A stretch of 64,000 nucleotides of DNA from a virus (IMGVR_UViG_3300034095_001474:96001-160000); one strand, 5' to 3'; positions 1 through 9,533 are shown, counted from the first letter of the stretch. Notes: a model not told the origin generated them from the sequence alone. Made by a program: numbers and translations.

Positions 1-1
1 A

Positions 2-622
2 TTCAGTAACGATTTTCTTAACTTCACGTGACAATGTTGCCACAGTGATTGGATACCACAATTGCATCATGATAGTTTCTAAGAAGTTTGTTAACCAATA
101 ACAATTAGGGTCAGTGTTCTCAATAGTCATAAGAACGTTTTTAACACCTACAACTGTACCCTCTGGTACTGCTTTGATACGTACTGGTAATTTACCACCA
201 TGAACATCGATAATGTATTGGAATTTAGATTTGTCAAAGACATCATCACGACCAAACACACCAAGTTCAGTACCCAAGTACTCATATGCTTCATCTAATT
301 CTTCTTGTGTGAAGGCAACACCCTCTAAATATTCTTTGATGAACATTTCAAGACCATACCATACTGTTTCACTGAAACGACCACCACGTGATTCCATGTA
401 TGAATAAACAGTTGTTGTGTTTTCTTCATAGAATTTGTGGTGCGAGTACTTATAAGCATCACCCATAAGTACAAGATTGTTAGGTTTATCCATTGCTTTT
501 GAGATAAGACCTTCCAATGTTTCGATTGAAGACCAATCTTTATTTTTGATTGCCTCTGCCAATCTAGTTTTAATCACTTCTTTAAGTGCTAAACTTTTTA
601 AATTTTTATTTTCTGATTCCAT
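2..622 (-). CDS. nadV: Nicotinamide phosphoribosyltransferase (NAMPT), N-terminal part; runs off the window start and is absent from the ORF track
   Basis: Manual translation from ATG 622: MESENKNLKSL...LMGDAYKYSH...YSYMESRGG...GKLPVRIKAVPEGT...WLTNFLET...LWYPITVATLSRE, typical NAMPT motifs. Confidence 0.93.
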   Translation of the reverse strand, partial: MESENKNLKSLALKEVIKTRLAEAIKNKDWSSIETLEGLISKAMDKPNNLVLMGDAYKYSHHKFYEENTTTVYSYMESRGGRFSETVWYGLEMFIKEYLEGVAFTQEELDEAYEYLGTELGVFGRDDVFDKSKFQYIIDVHGGKLPVRIKAVPEGTVVGVKNVLMTIENTDPNCYWLTNFLETIMMQLWYPITVATLSREVKKIVTE

Positions 623-623
623 A

Positions 624-962
624 CTATTTTGTATTTATTATTATTGTGGGTTTCCCTAATTTTTCAGCTTTTGTTATGCTATCTTTAGTCCCTTTACTTT
701 CACCATCCCAAAATGCTATGATAGTATCAGCGTTGTTAACGATATAGGTATTTCTCAATACTCCAGCTGCTGCACCATGTTTTTTCCAATCTGGTTTAAA
801 TATAAGTGTTTCGATATTATTCTCTTTGGCATATCTTTCACCCAATGAGTCAGCACCATTCGCACCACCACTAACCAATAATTTTATTTGAAATGGTGAT
901 AATGTGGTTTTAACCAATTCATAGTCATCAAAACCTCTGCTACCAATTACTGCTACTTTCAT
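624..962 (-). CDS. SLOG-superfamily protein (DUF2493/YspA-like)
   Basis: VAVIGSR, VSGGANGAD, AGVLRN, AFWDGESKGT motifs; ends in TAG. Confidence 0.8.
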   Translation of the reverse strand: MKVAVIGSRGFDDYELVKTTLSPFQIKLLVSGGANGADSLGERYAKENNIETLIFKPDWKKHGAAAGVLRNTYIVNNADTIIAFWDGESKGTKDSITKAEKLGKPTIIINTK

Positions 963-1960
963 GAGATACTTTCTCCATATTTAACTTTAGCGTTTTCAAT
1001 AGCTGTTGGTATTTTAGCATTTTCCAATATGTTATTTTTAGACAAATAAACACACAAGTTAGCATACAAGTCTCTATGTTCAACCATGATGTCTTTATCA
1101 ACGTTGATATTCTTAGGTTCAACCCAATGCAATGAAGCGATATCATCAGATGGTTCAATACGTCCCCATAAGAACTTACCAATAAACAATGTTGTCATGA
1201 TACCAGATTCTGTTTTACCATATCTCCAATCAGTAACAGCACCACTGCAAACATATTTAATATCATCGATTTCAGCGTTACCACCAGTTTCTTCTTTAAA
1301 CTCACGTTTTGCTGCTTCTTCCCAAGTCAAATCAGTTCTATCAACGAAACCACCGATAAAACGGTAGAAGTCTTCATTTGGTTTTTTAGCCAAAAGGATT
1401 TGTCCTTTATCGTTGTATACTGTAATATCTACTGTTGGATATGTAACTGGTCTAGCAGCATATGTTGCGTGGATTACACCAGCTCTAAAGTCCTCAGAAG
1501 CCAAGATTTCTTTTGATACTTGTTTACGAACTTCAGTACCAGAATACAATATATCAGTTATCAATTCAACAACAGCATATTTTCCAGAATAGTAAGGAAT
1601 AAATGAATCACGACTACCATATAATACTGCACTCAAAGAGCTGCGTTCACCAAAAGGTACTTGGATTTGGTTGTCTAACTCTCTTGACCATTTTTCGTTA
1701 GACCTTTGGTCTTTCAATGGTAATACAATCACATTTGGATAAGATTGTTTAATCATCGCTTCTCTAGATGCATAATCCAATGGATTTGATTTTGTGTTTC
1801 CAATAACTGGTACACCCAAGAAAATAACTACTTTTTTATGATTTTCAATAACCTTATCAATAAGACTGATTTGCCCTTCATGCAATTTATGCACTTGGAA
1901 TCTTGCTACAATAACACCGATTTCGTAATCAGTTGGATTGATATTTGATTTAACTTCCAT
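959..1960 (-). CDS. nadM: Bifunctional NMN adenylyltransferase / Nudix (ADP-ribose pyrophosphatase)
   Basis: ARFQVHKLHEGQ nucleotidyltransferase motif, SNPL, SGTEVR; Nudix box GGFVD...AAKREFKEETG. Confidence 0.9.
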   Translation of the reverse strand: MEVKSNINPTDYEIGVIVARFQVHKLHEGQISLIDKVIENHKKVVIFLGVPVIGNTKSNPLDYASREAMIKQSYPNVIVLPLKDQRSNEKWSRELDNQIQVPFGERSSLSAVLYGSRDSFIPYYSGKYAVVELITDILYSGTEVRKQVSKEILASEDFRAGVIHATYAARPVTYPTVDITVYNDKGQILLAKKPNEDFYRFIGGFVDRTDLTWEEAAKREFKEETGGNAEIDDIKYVCSGAVTDWRYGKTESGIMTTLFIGKFLWGRIEPSDDIASLHWVEPKNINVDKDIMVEHRDLYANLCVYLSKNNILENAKIPTAIENAKVKYGESIS

Positions 1961-2037
1961 ATTTATCTTTTTTTATTTATAATACAAATGTATAAAAAAA
2001 TTCCCAATAAAACAAATTATTGGGAATCTTTTTTGAT

Positions 2038-3378
2038 TTATTTTGTTTGAAAACCCATTGTGGATTTCTCTTTCTCCACTTGACTAGAATAGAACCCTTT
2101 GTATGATTCATTAACCAATGAAACAGTGTCGTCAATTGACCAATTTTCATCATCTTCTGACATTTCTTTGATATTGTCAGCCAAGTTTGCAATAAATGCA
2201 CCAGTTATTTTAACTTTCTTGCCATTGATGGTTCCAGTCAATGCATCATAAACTTCTTTAACTTGCCATCTTTCTGGTAAATGGATATTACAAACTCTTT
2301 CAATTTGTTTCTCATCCAAGAATGAATAATCCAATGTGAAGTTAAAACGTCCAGGTCTTTCCGCAGCTTTATCAACCAAACCTTTATCGTTTGTAGATGC
2401 CAACAAACTGATTTTACGTTTCTTAACCCCATCAAAGAATGATAAGAATTGACCCAATAATCTTGTGTAACTTCCGTTATCACGTGAACCTAAGTATAAA
2501 TCGATATCATCCATAATGATAACGGCATTTTCAAAAATCTCACATGCTTCCATGATTGATGTCAAATCATCACTATTACCAAAATCTGGTATAATGAATG
2601 TAACATTAGGAATCAATTTACGTGCAATCTCACGAATGGATTCTGTTTTACCAGTTCCTGGTTCTCCGTTGAATAGGTATCTGGCATTTCCACCTCTACC
2701 AACACGACTAATAAAGTGTTCAATAAATTTTGTTTGAACATCATTCAACACTAATTCATTGCTAGATTCAACAATGTCAATTATTTCAATACCTTTGAAT
2801 CTACCTTCTCTCAATTTAACTTTGATACATTTTCCTCTGTATTCTGAGTTATTGAAAGCTAAAATCTTTATTTTTTTAAACAATTCAACAATTTTGGTGT
2901 ATTCAATACCTTTTTTACAAGTAATATTGATTTGATTAACCAACTCATTTCTTCCGTCAATAAACATTTTAGTTTGAAATACGTAATCGTTATCATCACC
3001 TTCAAATTTGCTGTTGAACCAAAATGAACCAGTAATTTCAAAACTACCACCAAATGTTATTCTACCAATACTATCTGTTATCCCATAAGATGAAACTTTG
3101 ATTTGGTTTTGTTTACCTTTAAAACACTCATATAAATAAGCATTAAAAATTGCGAATTCTATGAAACTTACTTCTTCACAATATGAATTTGTAGGATAAT
3201 CATCATCATCATCTTCATCATCATAACCATATTCATCTTTATCTGATTTTACACCAAAATCTTCATTGACAACATCATCATGACTTGATGATTCCAAATC
3301 ATCAATTTGTATTTTAATACTTGAAAGTTTCAAAAGTTCTCTTTCAAATTTTTTCGGTAATCTGTGTTTTTCGCTCAT
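2038..3378 (-). CDS. AAA+ ATPase with acidic N-terminus
   Basis: Walker A GEPGTGKT, Walker B IIMDDID, sensor STN, RPGRF. Confidence 0.85.
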   Translation of the reverse strand: MSEKHRLPKKFERELLKLSSIKIQIDDLESSSHDDVVNEDFGVKSDKDEYGYDDEDDDDDYPTNSYCEEVSFIEFAIFNAYLYECFKGKQNQIKVSSYGITDSIGRITFGGSFEITGSFWFNSKFEGDDNDYVFQTKMFIDGRNELVNQINITCKKGIEYTKIVELFKKIKILAFNNSEYRGKCIKVKLREGRFKGIEIIDIVESSNELVLNDVQTKFIEHFISRVGRGGNARYLFNGEPGTGKTESIREIARKLIPNVTFIIPDFGNSDDLTSIMEACEIFENAVIIMDDIDLYLGSRDNGSYTRLLGQFLSFFDGVKKRKISLLASTNDKGLVDKAAERPGRFNFTLDYSFLDEKQIERVCNIHLPERWQVKEVYDALTGTINGKKVKITGAFIANLADNIKEMSEDDENWSIDDTVSLVNESYKGFYSSQVEKEKSTMGFQTK

Positions 3379-3399
3379 ATCTTTTTTTTTTATTTTTAA

Positions 3400-3990
3400 T
3401 TAATTATGGTCTACTTGTTCAACTTCTTTTGACATCATATTTTGTTTAACATCAGTATAATGTATTGGACAATAATCCCAACCATTACAACCCATATCCA
3501 AAACTTTACGTTTGTAGTATTCTGGGTTTTGTTTAACTAAACTCTGATGACAATGACCATGTAAATGCCAATCCCCATGATGTGCTTTGTCCCATGAAAG
3601 TATTGGGTAATGCATCATCATAATCCCTTGACGTTTTCTAGGACTATCTTCGTCTGGTACTGAAAGATTGATATAGTCACTTATCGTTTCAAAACGATTT
3701 AGTTTTCTAATATCTTTTTCATCATCATGATTTCCCAATATATAATGTATCTTACCATTTAAACGTTTAACGATTTCTTGTGTTTGTTTTCCACTTCTAT
3801 CGAATGATAAATCACCCAAATAAAAGACAACATCGTTAGCAGCAATATAATGGTTCCAGTTTTCTATCAAGGACTCATTCATTTCTTCCACATCTTTGAA
3901 TGGTCTACCATCATATTTTATCACATTTGCATGGCAAAAATGATAATCAGATGTAAACCAAACATTTTGATGGTCTAATTTTATTCTCAT
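3400..3990 (-). CDS. Calcineurin-like metallophosphoesterase
   Basis: SDYHFCH, LGD, GNHD, HLHGHCH. Confidence 0.88.
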   Translation of the reverse strand: MRIKLDHQNVWFTSDYHFCHANVIKYDGRPFKDVEEMNESLIENWNHYIAANDVVFYLGDLSFDRSGKQTQEIVKRLNGKIHYILGNHDDEKDIRKLNRFETISDYINLSVPDEDSPRKRQGIMMMHYPILSWDKAHHGDWHLHGHCHQSLVKQNPEYYKRKVLDMGCNGWDYCPIHYTDVKQNMMSKEVEQVDHN

Positions 3991-4577
3991 TTGTTTTCTA
4001 ATTTAGCTTTTAATTGTGCCAACACTCCGTTGGTGTCACCCAAAGTGAAAGTAGCGGTTCTATCTGCTTTCTTTTCTATTTTCTTAACTGCTGACTGAAC
4101 CTTGTCGTCAGTAATATTTTTGGCTCTACCCAATAACGATTCACGTCTGATATTACCCAACAACCAATTGATGTGTTTATCACCTTTTAGTGATTTTGTG
4201 ACTACCCAATTGAAAAACTCTTGTGCAACTGGTACTGACATAAAAGTTGTTGTACCTTTTCCAGTAACACCTAATTTCTTCTCACCAATTAGTTTGGCCA
4301 TTGCTGTTGTCTTATCAGCGTTATCATCAAACATTGTCTTCATTGATTTCATCAAATCAGTTTTGAACTGCTCAGTTTGAATTCCTTCTAGAATTTCATT
4401 TACTGATATCAAATCATCATTTGATAAAGCACATTTGAAGTCAGCTTCTGGTTTTTCATTAACCTTCTCAATGTTTGATACTGGCATGTAACTGCGAACC
4501 AAATGATTAAGGAAATTTTTAGCTTTTGGGTTTTCAAGCATTTTATCTAAGCTTGAGTGGATTTCTTCTACTGTCAT
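3987..4577 (-). CDS. Hypothetical protein
   Basis: 196-aa ORF overlapping both neighbours in an operon. Confidence 0.7.
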   Translation of the reverse strand: MTVEEIHSSLDKMLENPKAKNFLNHLVRSYMPVSNIEKVNEKPEADFKCALSNDDLISVNEILEGIQTEQFKTDLMKSMKTMFDDNADKTTAMAKLIGEKKLGVTGKGTTTFMSVPVAQEFFNWVVTKSLKGDKHINWLLGNIRRESLLGRAKNITDDKVQSAVKKIEKKADRTATFTLGDTNGVLAQLKAKLENK

Positions 4578-4951
4578 AATTGTAATAAATAATTAAAAGT
4601 TATTAATAATTGCATATAATGTAAAACTTGGTCTAAACCTATCACAACAAAGAAATCGTGATATCTTTCTTCTTTGTATAGTTTACTAGTCAACCTACTA
4701 GTAAAATAATCTGTTATCCAGTGAGTAACAAAGATAACAATAAATGATAACCAAATACCTAAACTAGAAATATGAATAGACGTAAAAGGAAACACAAAAG
4801 ACCACATAACAATTGTTGTAAATGCATAAACTAAAACATGTAGACTTAGATAGTAATTGCTACTACTTTTTCTTATACTCATATGATGTGTTTGTAATAC
4901 GAAATCAGCAAACCAATGTACAATCAATATAAATAAAACAGACCAAATCAT
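4574..4951 (-). CDS. DUF3307-like membrane protein
   Basis: HWFADFVLQ, H...THWITDY, DQVLH with hydrophobic helices. Confidence 0.75.
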   Translation of the reverse strand: MIWSVLFILIVHWFADFVLQTHHMSIRKSSSNYYLSLHVLVYAFTTIVMWSFVFPFTSIHISSLGIWLSFIVIFVTHWITDYFTSRLTSKLYKEERYHDFFVVIGLDQVLHYMQLLITFNYLLQL

Positions 4952-5352
4952 CTTCCAGAAATTATTTTGTTAATAATAGCTGAAACTGCTTGATTATCAG
5001 CTTTACCCTTATAATTAGAATTGAATTCTTTCATCAATAAAGGCATTGTTGTTAACCCATTGTCATTGTAATAACCTCTGATAATAGTTTCAATCTCATC
5101 ATCACCCATAAGTGTTGGTAAGTATGGTTTGATATACTCTAACTCATTTAATGATTCAGCAGTGTTGGTTTGTTTCAAAGACTTTTCAATTTTCTTTAAG
5201 ATACCCAAAACTGTTTCATCATCTTCTTTCCCAGAACGACCAGCTTCATTTTGAACTTCACCTTTTACTACCCCCAAAAAGTTTTTCTTTTCCATTTCTT
5301 TAGCTTTGAAAGCTATCATGAAATCTACATTGATTTGTTCTTTTAAATTCAT
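4948..5352 (-). CDS. GatB/YqeY domain protein
   Basis: LKEQINVDFMIAFKAKE...ELEYIKPYLP...GKAD pattern. Confidence 0.8.
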   Translation of the reverse strand: MNLKEQINVDFMIAFKAKEMEKKNFLGVVKGEVQNEAGRSGKEDDETVLGILKKIEKSLKQTNTAESLNELEYIKPYLPTLMGDDEIETIIRGYYNDNGLTTMPLLMKEFNSNYKGKADNQAVSAIINKIISGR

Positions 5353-5355
5353 TTC

Positions 5356-5688
5356 CTATTTTTTTAAAACTATATAATAATGATATCCTTTATCACTATC
5401 TGTTGCGTAATACGCATATTTTATCTCACCACTTTTAACTTTTGCCGAGAACTCACTTCTTTCTTCTGGTTTAGCATCCAACGCTATTTTAATATATTTG
5501 TTTTCAGCTCTTTTTACCTTAATTTCAGTTGTGTCGTTAGTGTTTAACTCTATCTTTGTTTCAACAACTTTTTTAACCTCTGTTTCAACATCTGGTTTAA
5601 CAGCTACCATTGCTTTTGTGTCAACTCTTTTCTTAGGTTCAACTTTTGCAACTGGTTTTAGTGTAGCTTTTTTGCGTTCTTCACTCAT
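5356..5688 (-). CDS. Hypothetical K/E/V-rich protein
   Basis: ORF track; TACCTTTG promoter upstream. Confidence 0.6.
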   Translation of the reverse strand: MSEERKKATLKPVAKVEPKKRVDTKAMVAVKPDVETEVKKVVETKIELNTNDTTEIKVKRAENKYIKIALDAKPEERSEFSAKVKSGEIKYAYYATDSDKGYHYYIVLKK

Positions 5689-5739
5689 AACTTTTAATTA
5701 TAATACAAAGGTACAATATTATTTTTGATTTTACAAATA

Positions 5740-6249
5740 TTATGAAACTTTTTTTACGTATTCTTTGAAAATAAATTTGAAACCATTTTCTTCCAATATT
5801 TCAGATATGTTTATTAGAGTCCATTCTTCAACGTTAAAACCTTCTAAATACGTATCACCATCAATATCACCCCATACTTCAGTCAAATATAATTTTTTAG
5901 CTATTGGGAAGAACTGTTTATATATTTCAGCACCCCCAATAACAAAATTTTCTTTTGGTCCATAGTTGATAGATGATAAACTATATTCTATTATAAATTG
6001 ATTCAAATCTGATAAAACAAAACCACCATCAGCAACATAAGTATTGTCTCTACTGATAATAATGTTATCTCTTTTAGGAAGTGGTCTAAACTTCTCTGGA
6101 ATTGATTCCCAACACTTACGACCCATGATAACTCGTTTACCAGTAGTTAGTTCTTTAAAACGTTTTAAATCACTTGGTATATGCCATGGCAAGGCATTGT
6201 TTCTACCAATAACCATATTGGTAGAAGCAGCAACTATAATGCTAATCAT
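5740..6249 (-). CDS. folA: Dihydrofolate reductase
   Basis: IVAASTNMVIGRNNALPWHIPSDLKRFK, VIMGRKCWES, RPLPKR, VIGGAEIY. Confidence 0.96.
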   Translation of the reverse strand: MISIIVAASTNMVIGRNNALPWHIPSDLKRFKELTTGKRVIMGRKCWESIPEKFRPLPKRDNIIISRDNTYVADGGFVLSDLNQFIIEYSLSSINYGPKENFVIGGAEIYKQFFPIAKKLYLTEVWGDIDGDTYLEGFNVEEWTLINISEILEENGFKFIFKEYVKKVS

Positions 6250-6437
6250 TTCTTTTCTCTTATGATTTTACCGTCTTTCTCGGTGATTGAAACTAAACTA
6301 TCTTTGCTTGAGTAAGCAAATGGTGTGAATACCATGGAGTAACCATGATTTATCCATCTTTTGAAGATTAAATCTCCTTTTGCGTTAAATAGATATAATT
6401 CATTACCTACTATCTTCTTTTTAAATGTTCCTTCCAT
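6246..6437 (-). CDS. Hypothetical protein
   Basis: ORF track, operonic. Confidence 0.55.
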   Translation of the reverse strand: MEGTFKKKIVGNELYLFNAKGDLIFKRWINHGYSMVFTPFAYSSKDSLVSITEKDGKIIREKK

Positions 6438-6655
6438 AATAAAACTATTGGATTATAAATGTAAATTAAATTAACTACTATAACCATAAAGTTTAAAAAA
6501 ACCAATGGCATTCTTTCATGATATATTGAATATATCAAAAACAAAATACAACCTACCGTATTCAATAGTCTTAACATTATTACGTCTTTTACTATAAAAG
6601 ATATCAAAACTATTATTGAGGCACAGTATGCCATTATTTCCATATTTTCAGTCAT
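6410..6655 (-). CDS. Small inner-membrane protein (YgjV-like)
   Basis: Three hydrophobic helices, LRLLNTVGCILF. Confidence 0.6.
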   Translation of the reverse strand: MTENMEIMAYCASIIVLISFIVKDVIMLRLLNTVGCILFLIYSIYHERMPLVFLNFMVIVVNLIYIYNPIVLLWKEHLKRR

Positions 6656-6657
6656 AA

Positions 6658-6858
6658 TTATTTACAGTTTAACGAATCTTTTTTATATTTCAACGATAGA
6701 GATAATACATGATATGTATACTCATCATTGAATTGATTGTTGAATAACTCTAAATATTTCTCAGCATTATCAAAGTGGTCACACATTGTGCATGACTCAA
6801 TAATTGCCATTGCTTTATCTTCAGCAGCAATTTGTTCTGGTGTTTTTTCTTTTTCCAT
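6658..6858 (-). CDS. Hypothetical protein
   Basis: ORF track, operonic. Confidence 0.55.
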   Translation of the reverse strand: MEKEKTPEQIAAEDKAMAIIESCTMCDHFDNAEKYLELFNNQFNDEYTYHVLSLSLKYKKDSLNCK

Positions 6859-6864
6859 GTTTTA

Positions 6865-7107
6865 TTAATTTAATGAATAATCCAACAACATTTCACATTG
6901 TTTACAATATGGTGGTGGTGTTTGACCTATTGGTGTTTTAATATAATCAATATTGTTTAATTTTCTAATTTCTTTTACTTTACAAAATTTACCATCTTCT
7001 TCTCTACAACTAACATAGCACATAGTTGCACGACATCTATTACATAAAGCTACTGGTTCACCACCATTAAACTTTATTATTGGGTTTGGTTTCTTCATCA
7101 TTCTCAA
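6865..7107 (-). CDS. Hypothetical Cys-rich protein
   Basis: CNRC and CKQC pairs. Confidence 0.55.
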   Translation of the reverse strand: MRMMKKPNPIIKFNGGEPVALCNRCRATMCYVSCREEDGKFCKVKEIRKLNNIDYIKTPIGQTPPPYCKQCEMLLDYSLN

Positions 7108-7540
7108 GTTTTTTCTCTTCCATGTCTAACAATCCTTTTCCAAATCTTTTGACACGTTTATAATACCTTTCTTTAACTCTATCTGATATCGGAAGAGAAT
7201 TACCCTCATCATCTATTCTAACAAATCTAATAGATGTACTCATAGCAACTTCTTGTTCACCAGTATATACGTTATGTTTTCTTATCTCAATATACAATGT
7301 AACTGATGTGTTACCAAATGTTGATACATTTGCATATACTTTGATAATATTACCAACCTTGATTGGTTTCTTGAAAAACATTTCGCTAATTGATAAAGTA
7401 ACCATTCTAGGTGTATCACAAATTTGTGATGCATATGCTGCACTACTTTGGTCAATCAACGCTACCAAATTACCACCAAACATATTAGAATGAACACCAA
7501 TATCACTAGTTTTACATAAATAAGTTGTCACTAATTCCAT
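7067..7540 (-). CDS. Acyl-CoA thioesterase (hotdog fold, YciA-like)
   Basis: NMFGGNLVALID, FKKPIKVG, GNTSVT, FVRID. Confidence 0.85.
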   Translation of the reverse strand: MELVTTYLCKTSDIGVHSNMFGGNLVALIDQSSAAYASQICDTPRMVTLSISEMFFKKPIKVGNIIKVYANVSTFGNTSVTLYIEIRKHNVYTGEQEVAMSTSIRFVRIDDEGNSLPISDRVKERYYKRVKRFGKGLLDMEEKKLENDEETKPNNKV

Positions 7541-7616
7541 TATACCTTTTAATAATAAATATCTTTAAAAAGTATCATATTTACAAAGGTACAAATAAAT
7601 TTAATAAATAACTAAT

Positions 7617-8105
7617 TTATTTTACTTTATTGTCAAGTTGACTATTATCTAAACAATAGCAATCACCTTTGAATGTCCAAGTTGGGTCTGAACCTTTAGT
7701 ATCAACCTCACCTTTTTTCTTAAACTCAGCCTCTTCAAAAAATTCTTCTTTACCTTTCCAACCAATTATCCAACCTTTGGATAAATCTGTTAATATTGCA
7801 ACAAAACAATAATAATCACATTTTTGTTTTGTATTGAATGCAAATATGTTTGCTCTATGGTGTGGTTCTGGAGCCATATTCTGTAGTTTCGTCTTTACGT
7901 CAATCTTCTTGTCTTTGATAATCATATCATAATCGTAAGAACCAACATACTTTGTTTTACTTTTATATTTATCCCAAACTATAATTTCACCCAATGCACC
8001 TACTTCATTCCCTTTACCTTCAGTTACCGAACCTTTCAACACATTGAATTCATATAATTCTTGACCTCGTTTTCTTTGGTCATCAGTTATTAAAATTTCT
8101 GTCAT
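7617..8105 (-). CDS. Hypothetical protein, possible PD-(D/E)xK nuclease fold
   Basis: E...YDYD...IDVKTK motif. Confidence 0.5.
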   Translation of the reverse strand: MTEILITDDQRKRGQELYEFNVLKGSVTEGKGNEVGALGEIIVWDKYKSKTKYVGSYDYDMIIKDKKIDVKTKLQNMAPEPHHRANIFAFNTKQKCDYYCFVAILTDLSKGWIIGWKGKEEFFEEAEFKKKGEVDTKGSDPTWTFKGDCYCLDNSQLDNKVK

Positions 8106-8113
8106 AATTAAGA

Positions 8114-8374
8114 TTATTTTTTCTTTGGTTCTTCAATCAACATTTTTGTTAATTGTTTGATTGATTCAGTAATCAACTCATCTTTTTTTGCGTAATCATT
8201 TTGTTCAGCAACATGTATAAGTGTGCATAATGCTTCACATACACATGCAATGTCATTCACAATCATTTTTGCTGCTTCTTCTTTATTTACTGGTGGTTCA
8301 TTCTCTGGACCTTTACCAATAAGAATTTGTTGCTCTCTTTCAGTGTCAACATCAATGTAAATTGTATTTTTCAT
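8114..8374 (-). CDS. Hypothetical protein
   Basis: ORF track. Confidence 0.55.
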   Translation of the reverse strand: MKNTIYIDVDTEREQQILIGKGPENEPPVNKEEAAKMIVNDIACVCEALCTLIHVAEQNDYAKKDELITESIKQLTKMLIEEPKKK

Positions 8375-8445
8375 ATTAATATTTTTTTTACAAATATACG
8401 AATAAAAAACTAAAACAACAAATATTTATAATAAAATTAATTATT

Positions 8446-8592
8446 ATGGCAAAAGCAGCAAAAGGGGCTACTTCTTCGTCATCGAAGATTAGCAAAGGAA
8501 AAAAGAAAAGACCAGGAGTTCACTCTAAGTGTAAGACTTCAGTTTCTAAAAACGCTAAACATTATCAGAAAAAAAGCGTAGGACAAGGTTAA
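8446..8592 (+). CDS. 48-aa very basic small protein, below the ORF-track cutoff
   Basis: MAKAAKGATSSSSKISKGKKKRPGVHSKCKTSVSKNAKHYQKKSVGQG; ATATTTATA motif upstream, terminator downstream. Confidence 0.65.
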   Translation: MAKAAKGATSSSSKISKGKKKRPGVHSKCKTSVSKNAKHYQKKSVGQG

Positions 8593-8595
8593 AAT

Positions 8596-8624
8596 AAAAA
8601 AGGAGCTCAATGGCTCCTTTTTTT
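8596..8624. terminator. Bidirectional intrinsic terminator
   Basis: AAAAAAGGAGC-TCAATG-GCTCCTTTTTTT between convergent units. Confidence 0.8.
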
Positions 8625-8682
8625 ATTAATGGATTAACAAAAATGTTTTATGTACATCATTTCGTTGTGCACCTTCGGATGC

Positions 8683-8760
8683 ATATCGTGTTCAGTAAAA
8701 TCGTTTGTTCAGTCAAATCGTCTGTTCAGTGTCACTGAAGTCTTCGTTTCACTGAACACG
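8683..8760 (-). repeat. Three copies of ACTGAACA(N)ACGAT plus a GTTCAGTG/CACTGAAC hairpin
   Basis: Directly visible direct repeats downstream of the EndoVII gene. Confidence 0.6.
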
Positions 8761-9183
8761 TAAATATTTAATAGCTTCTGTTAGTATATGTTTACATTCT
8801 CGTAATTGACCAATAGCTGAATTACAATTTCGACAAAGTAACCCTCTAACTTCCATGGTTTCATGGTCATGGTCAACAAATAATCCTTTTGAACCACCTA
8901 ATTGATAATCTTTTTTACAAATAGCACATTTACCATTTTGATTATAATACATACCTTCATATTCTTCTAAAGTAATACCATATCGATATTTCAGCATTCT
9001 TTTCTTTGCTTCAAGTTTTACTTCTTCAACACTTTTAACTATTTTTGGTTTTCTTTCTTTAGGTGTATACCTAGCATTATTAGATATTGATTCGCATTTT
9101 TTACACCAAGAAAATAAACCATTTCCTCTCATTCTAAATTCACAAGAATCTTTATCTTCACCACATTTTGTACATTTTTTCAT
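8749..9183 (-). CDS. Endonuclease VII-type (HNH) homing endonuclease
   Basis: YGITLEEY...QNGKCAIC...VDHDH...VRGLLCRNCN; N-terminal Zn finger; start taken at MKKCTKC. Confidence 0.88.
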   Translation of the reverse strand: MKKCTKCGEDKDSCEFRMRGNGLFSWCKKCESISNNARYTPKERKPKIVKSVEEVKLEAKKRMLKYRYGITLEEYEGMYYNQNGKCAICKKDYQLGGSKGLFVDHDHETMEVRGLLCRNCNSAIGQLRECKHILTEAIKYLRVQ

Positions 9184-9258
9184 AATAACTTTTACTATAA
9201 ATATGTACAAAATTATAAAAGTTCAAATGTCTGAACATGGCAATATAATGAACACTAG

Positions 9259-9331
9259 TGTACCCGAAGAGATTCGAACTCTTGACCCCTCCGTTAAAAG
9301 CGGAGTGCTCTACCAACTAAGCTACGAGTAC
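9259..9331 (-). tRNA. tRNA-Lys(TTT)
   Basis: Cloverleaf, CTCCG-CT TTT AA-CGGAG. Confidence 0.92.
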
Positions 9332-9337
9332 ATATAG

Positions 9338-9411
9338 TCTCCCCGATTGGGCTCGAACCAATGACTCTCGCATTAAAAGTGCGATACTCTAGCCAACTGA
9401 GTTACGAGGAG
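9338..9411 (-). tRNA. tRNA-Lys(TTT)
   Basis: Cloverleaf, TCGCA-CT TTT AA-TGCGA. Confidence 0.9.
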
Positions 9412-9456
9412 ATATTATTTTTCCAATAACACTCGTAACCATTATGGCCGAGTGCC

Positions 9457-9498
9457 TTATTCCTTTTTCTTTCGCTTGATGTTGATAAGTGTTTTCAT
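9457..9498 (-). CDS. Lys-rich mini-leader ORF MKTLINIKRKKKE upstream of the tRNA-Lys pair
   Basis: Manual translation; followed by GCACTCG/CGAGTGT hairpin. Confidence 0.5.
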   Translation of the reverse strand: MKTLINIKRKKKE

Positions 9499-9533
9499 AA
9501 TTTAATAGTTTTTAATTTTTTTATAATAACGTC

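Noticed and set aside
1-1960. NARP1-type pathway (ADPR-PP synthetase plus Namat)
   Set aside because: No PRPP-synthetase-like gene is in view; the partner is NadM-Nudix. The region left of the window is not visible.
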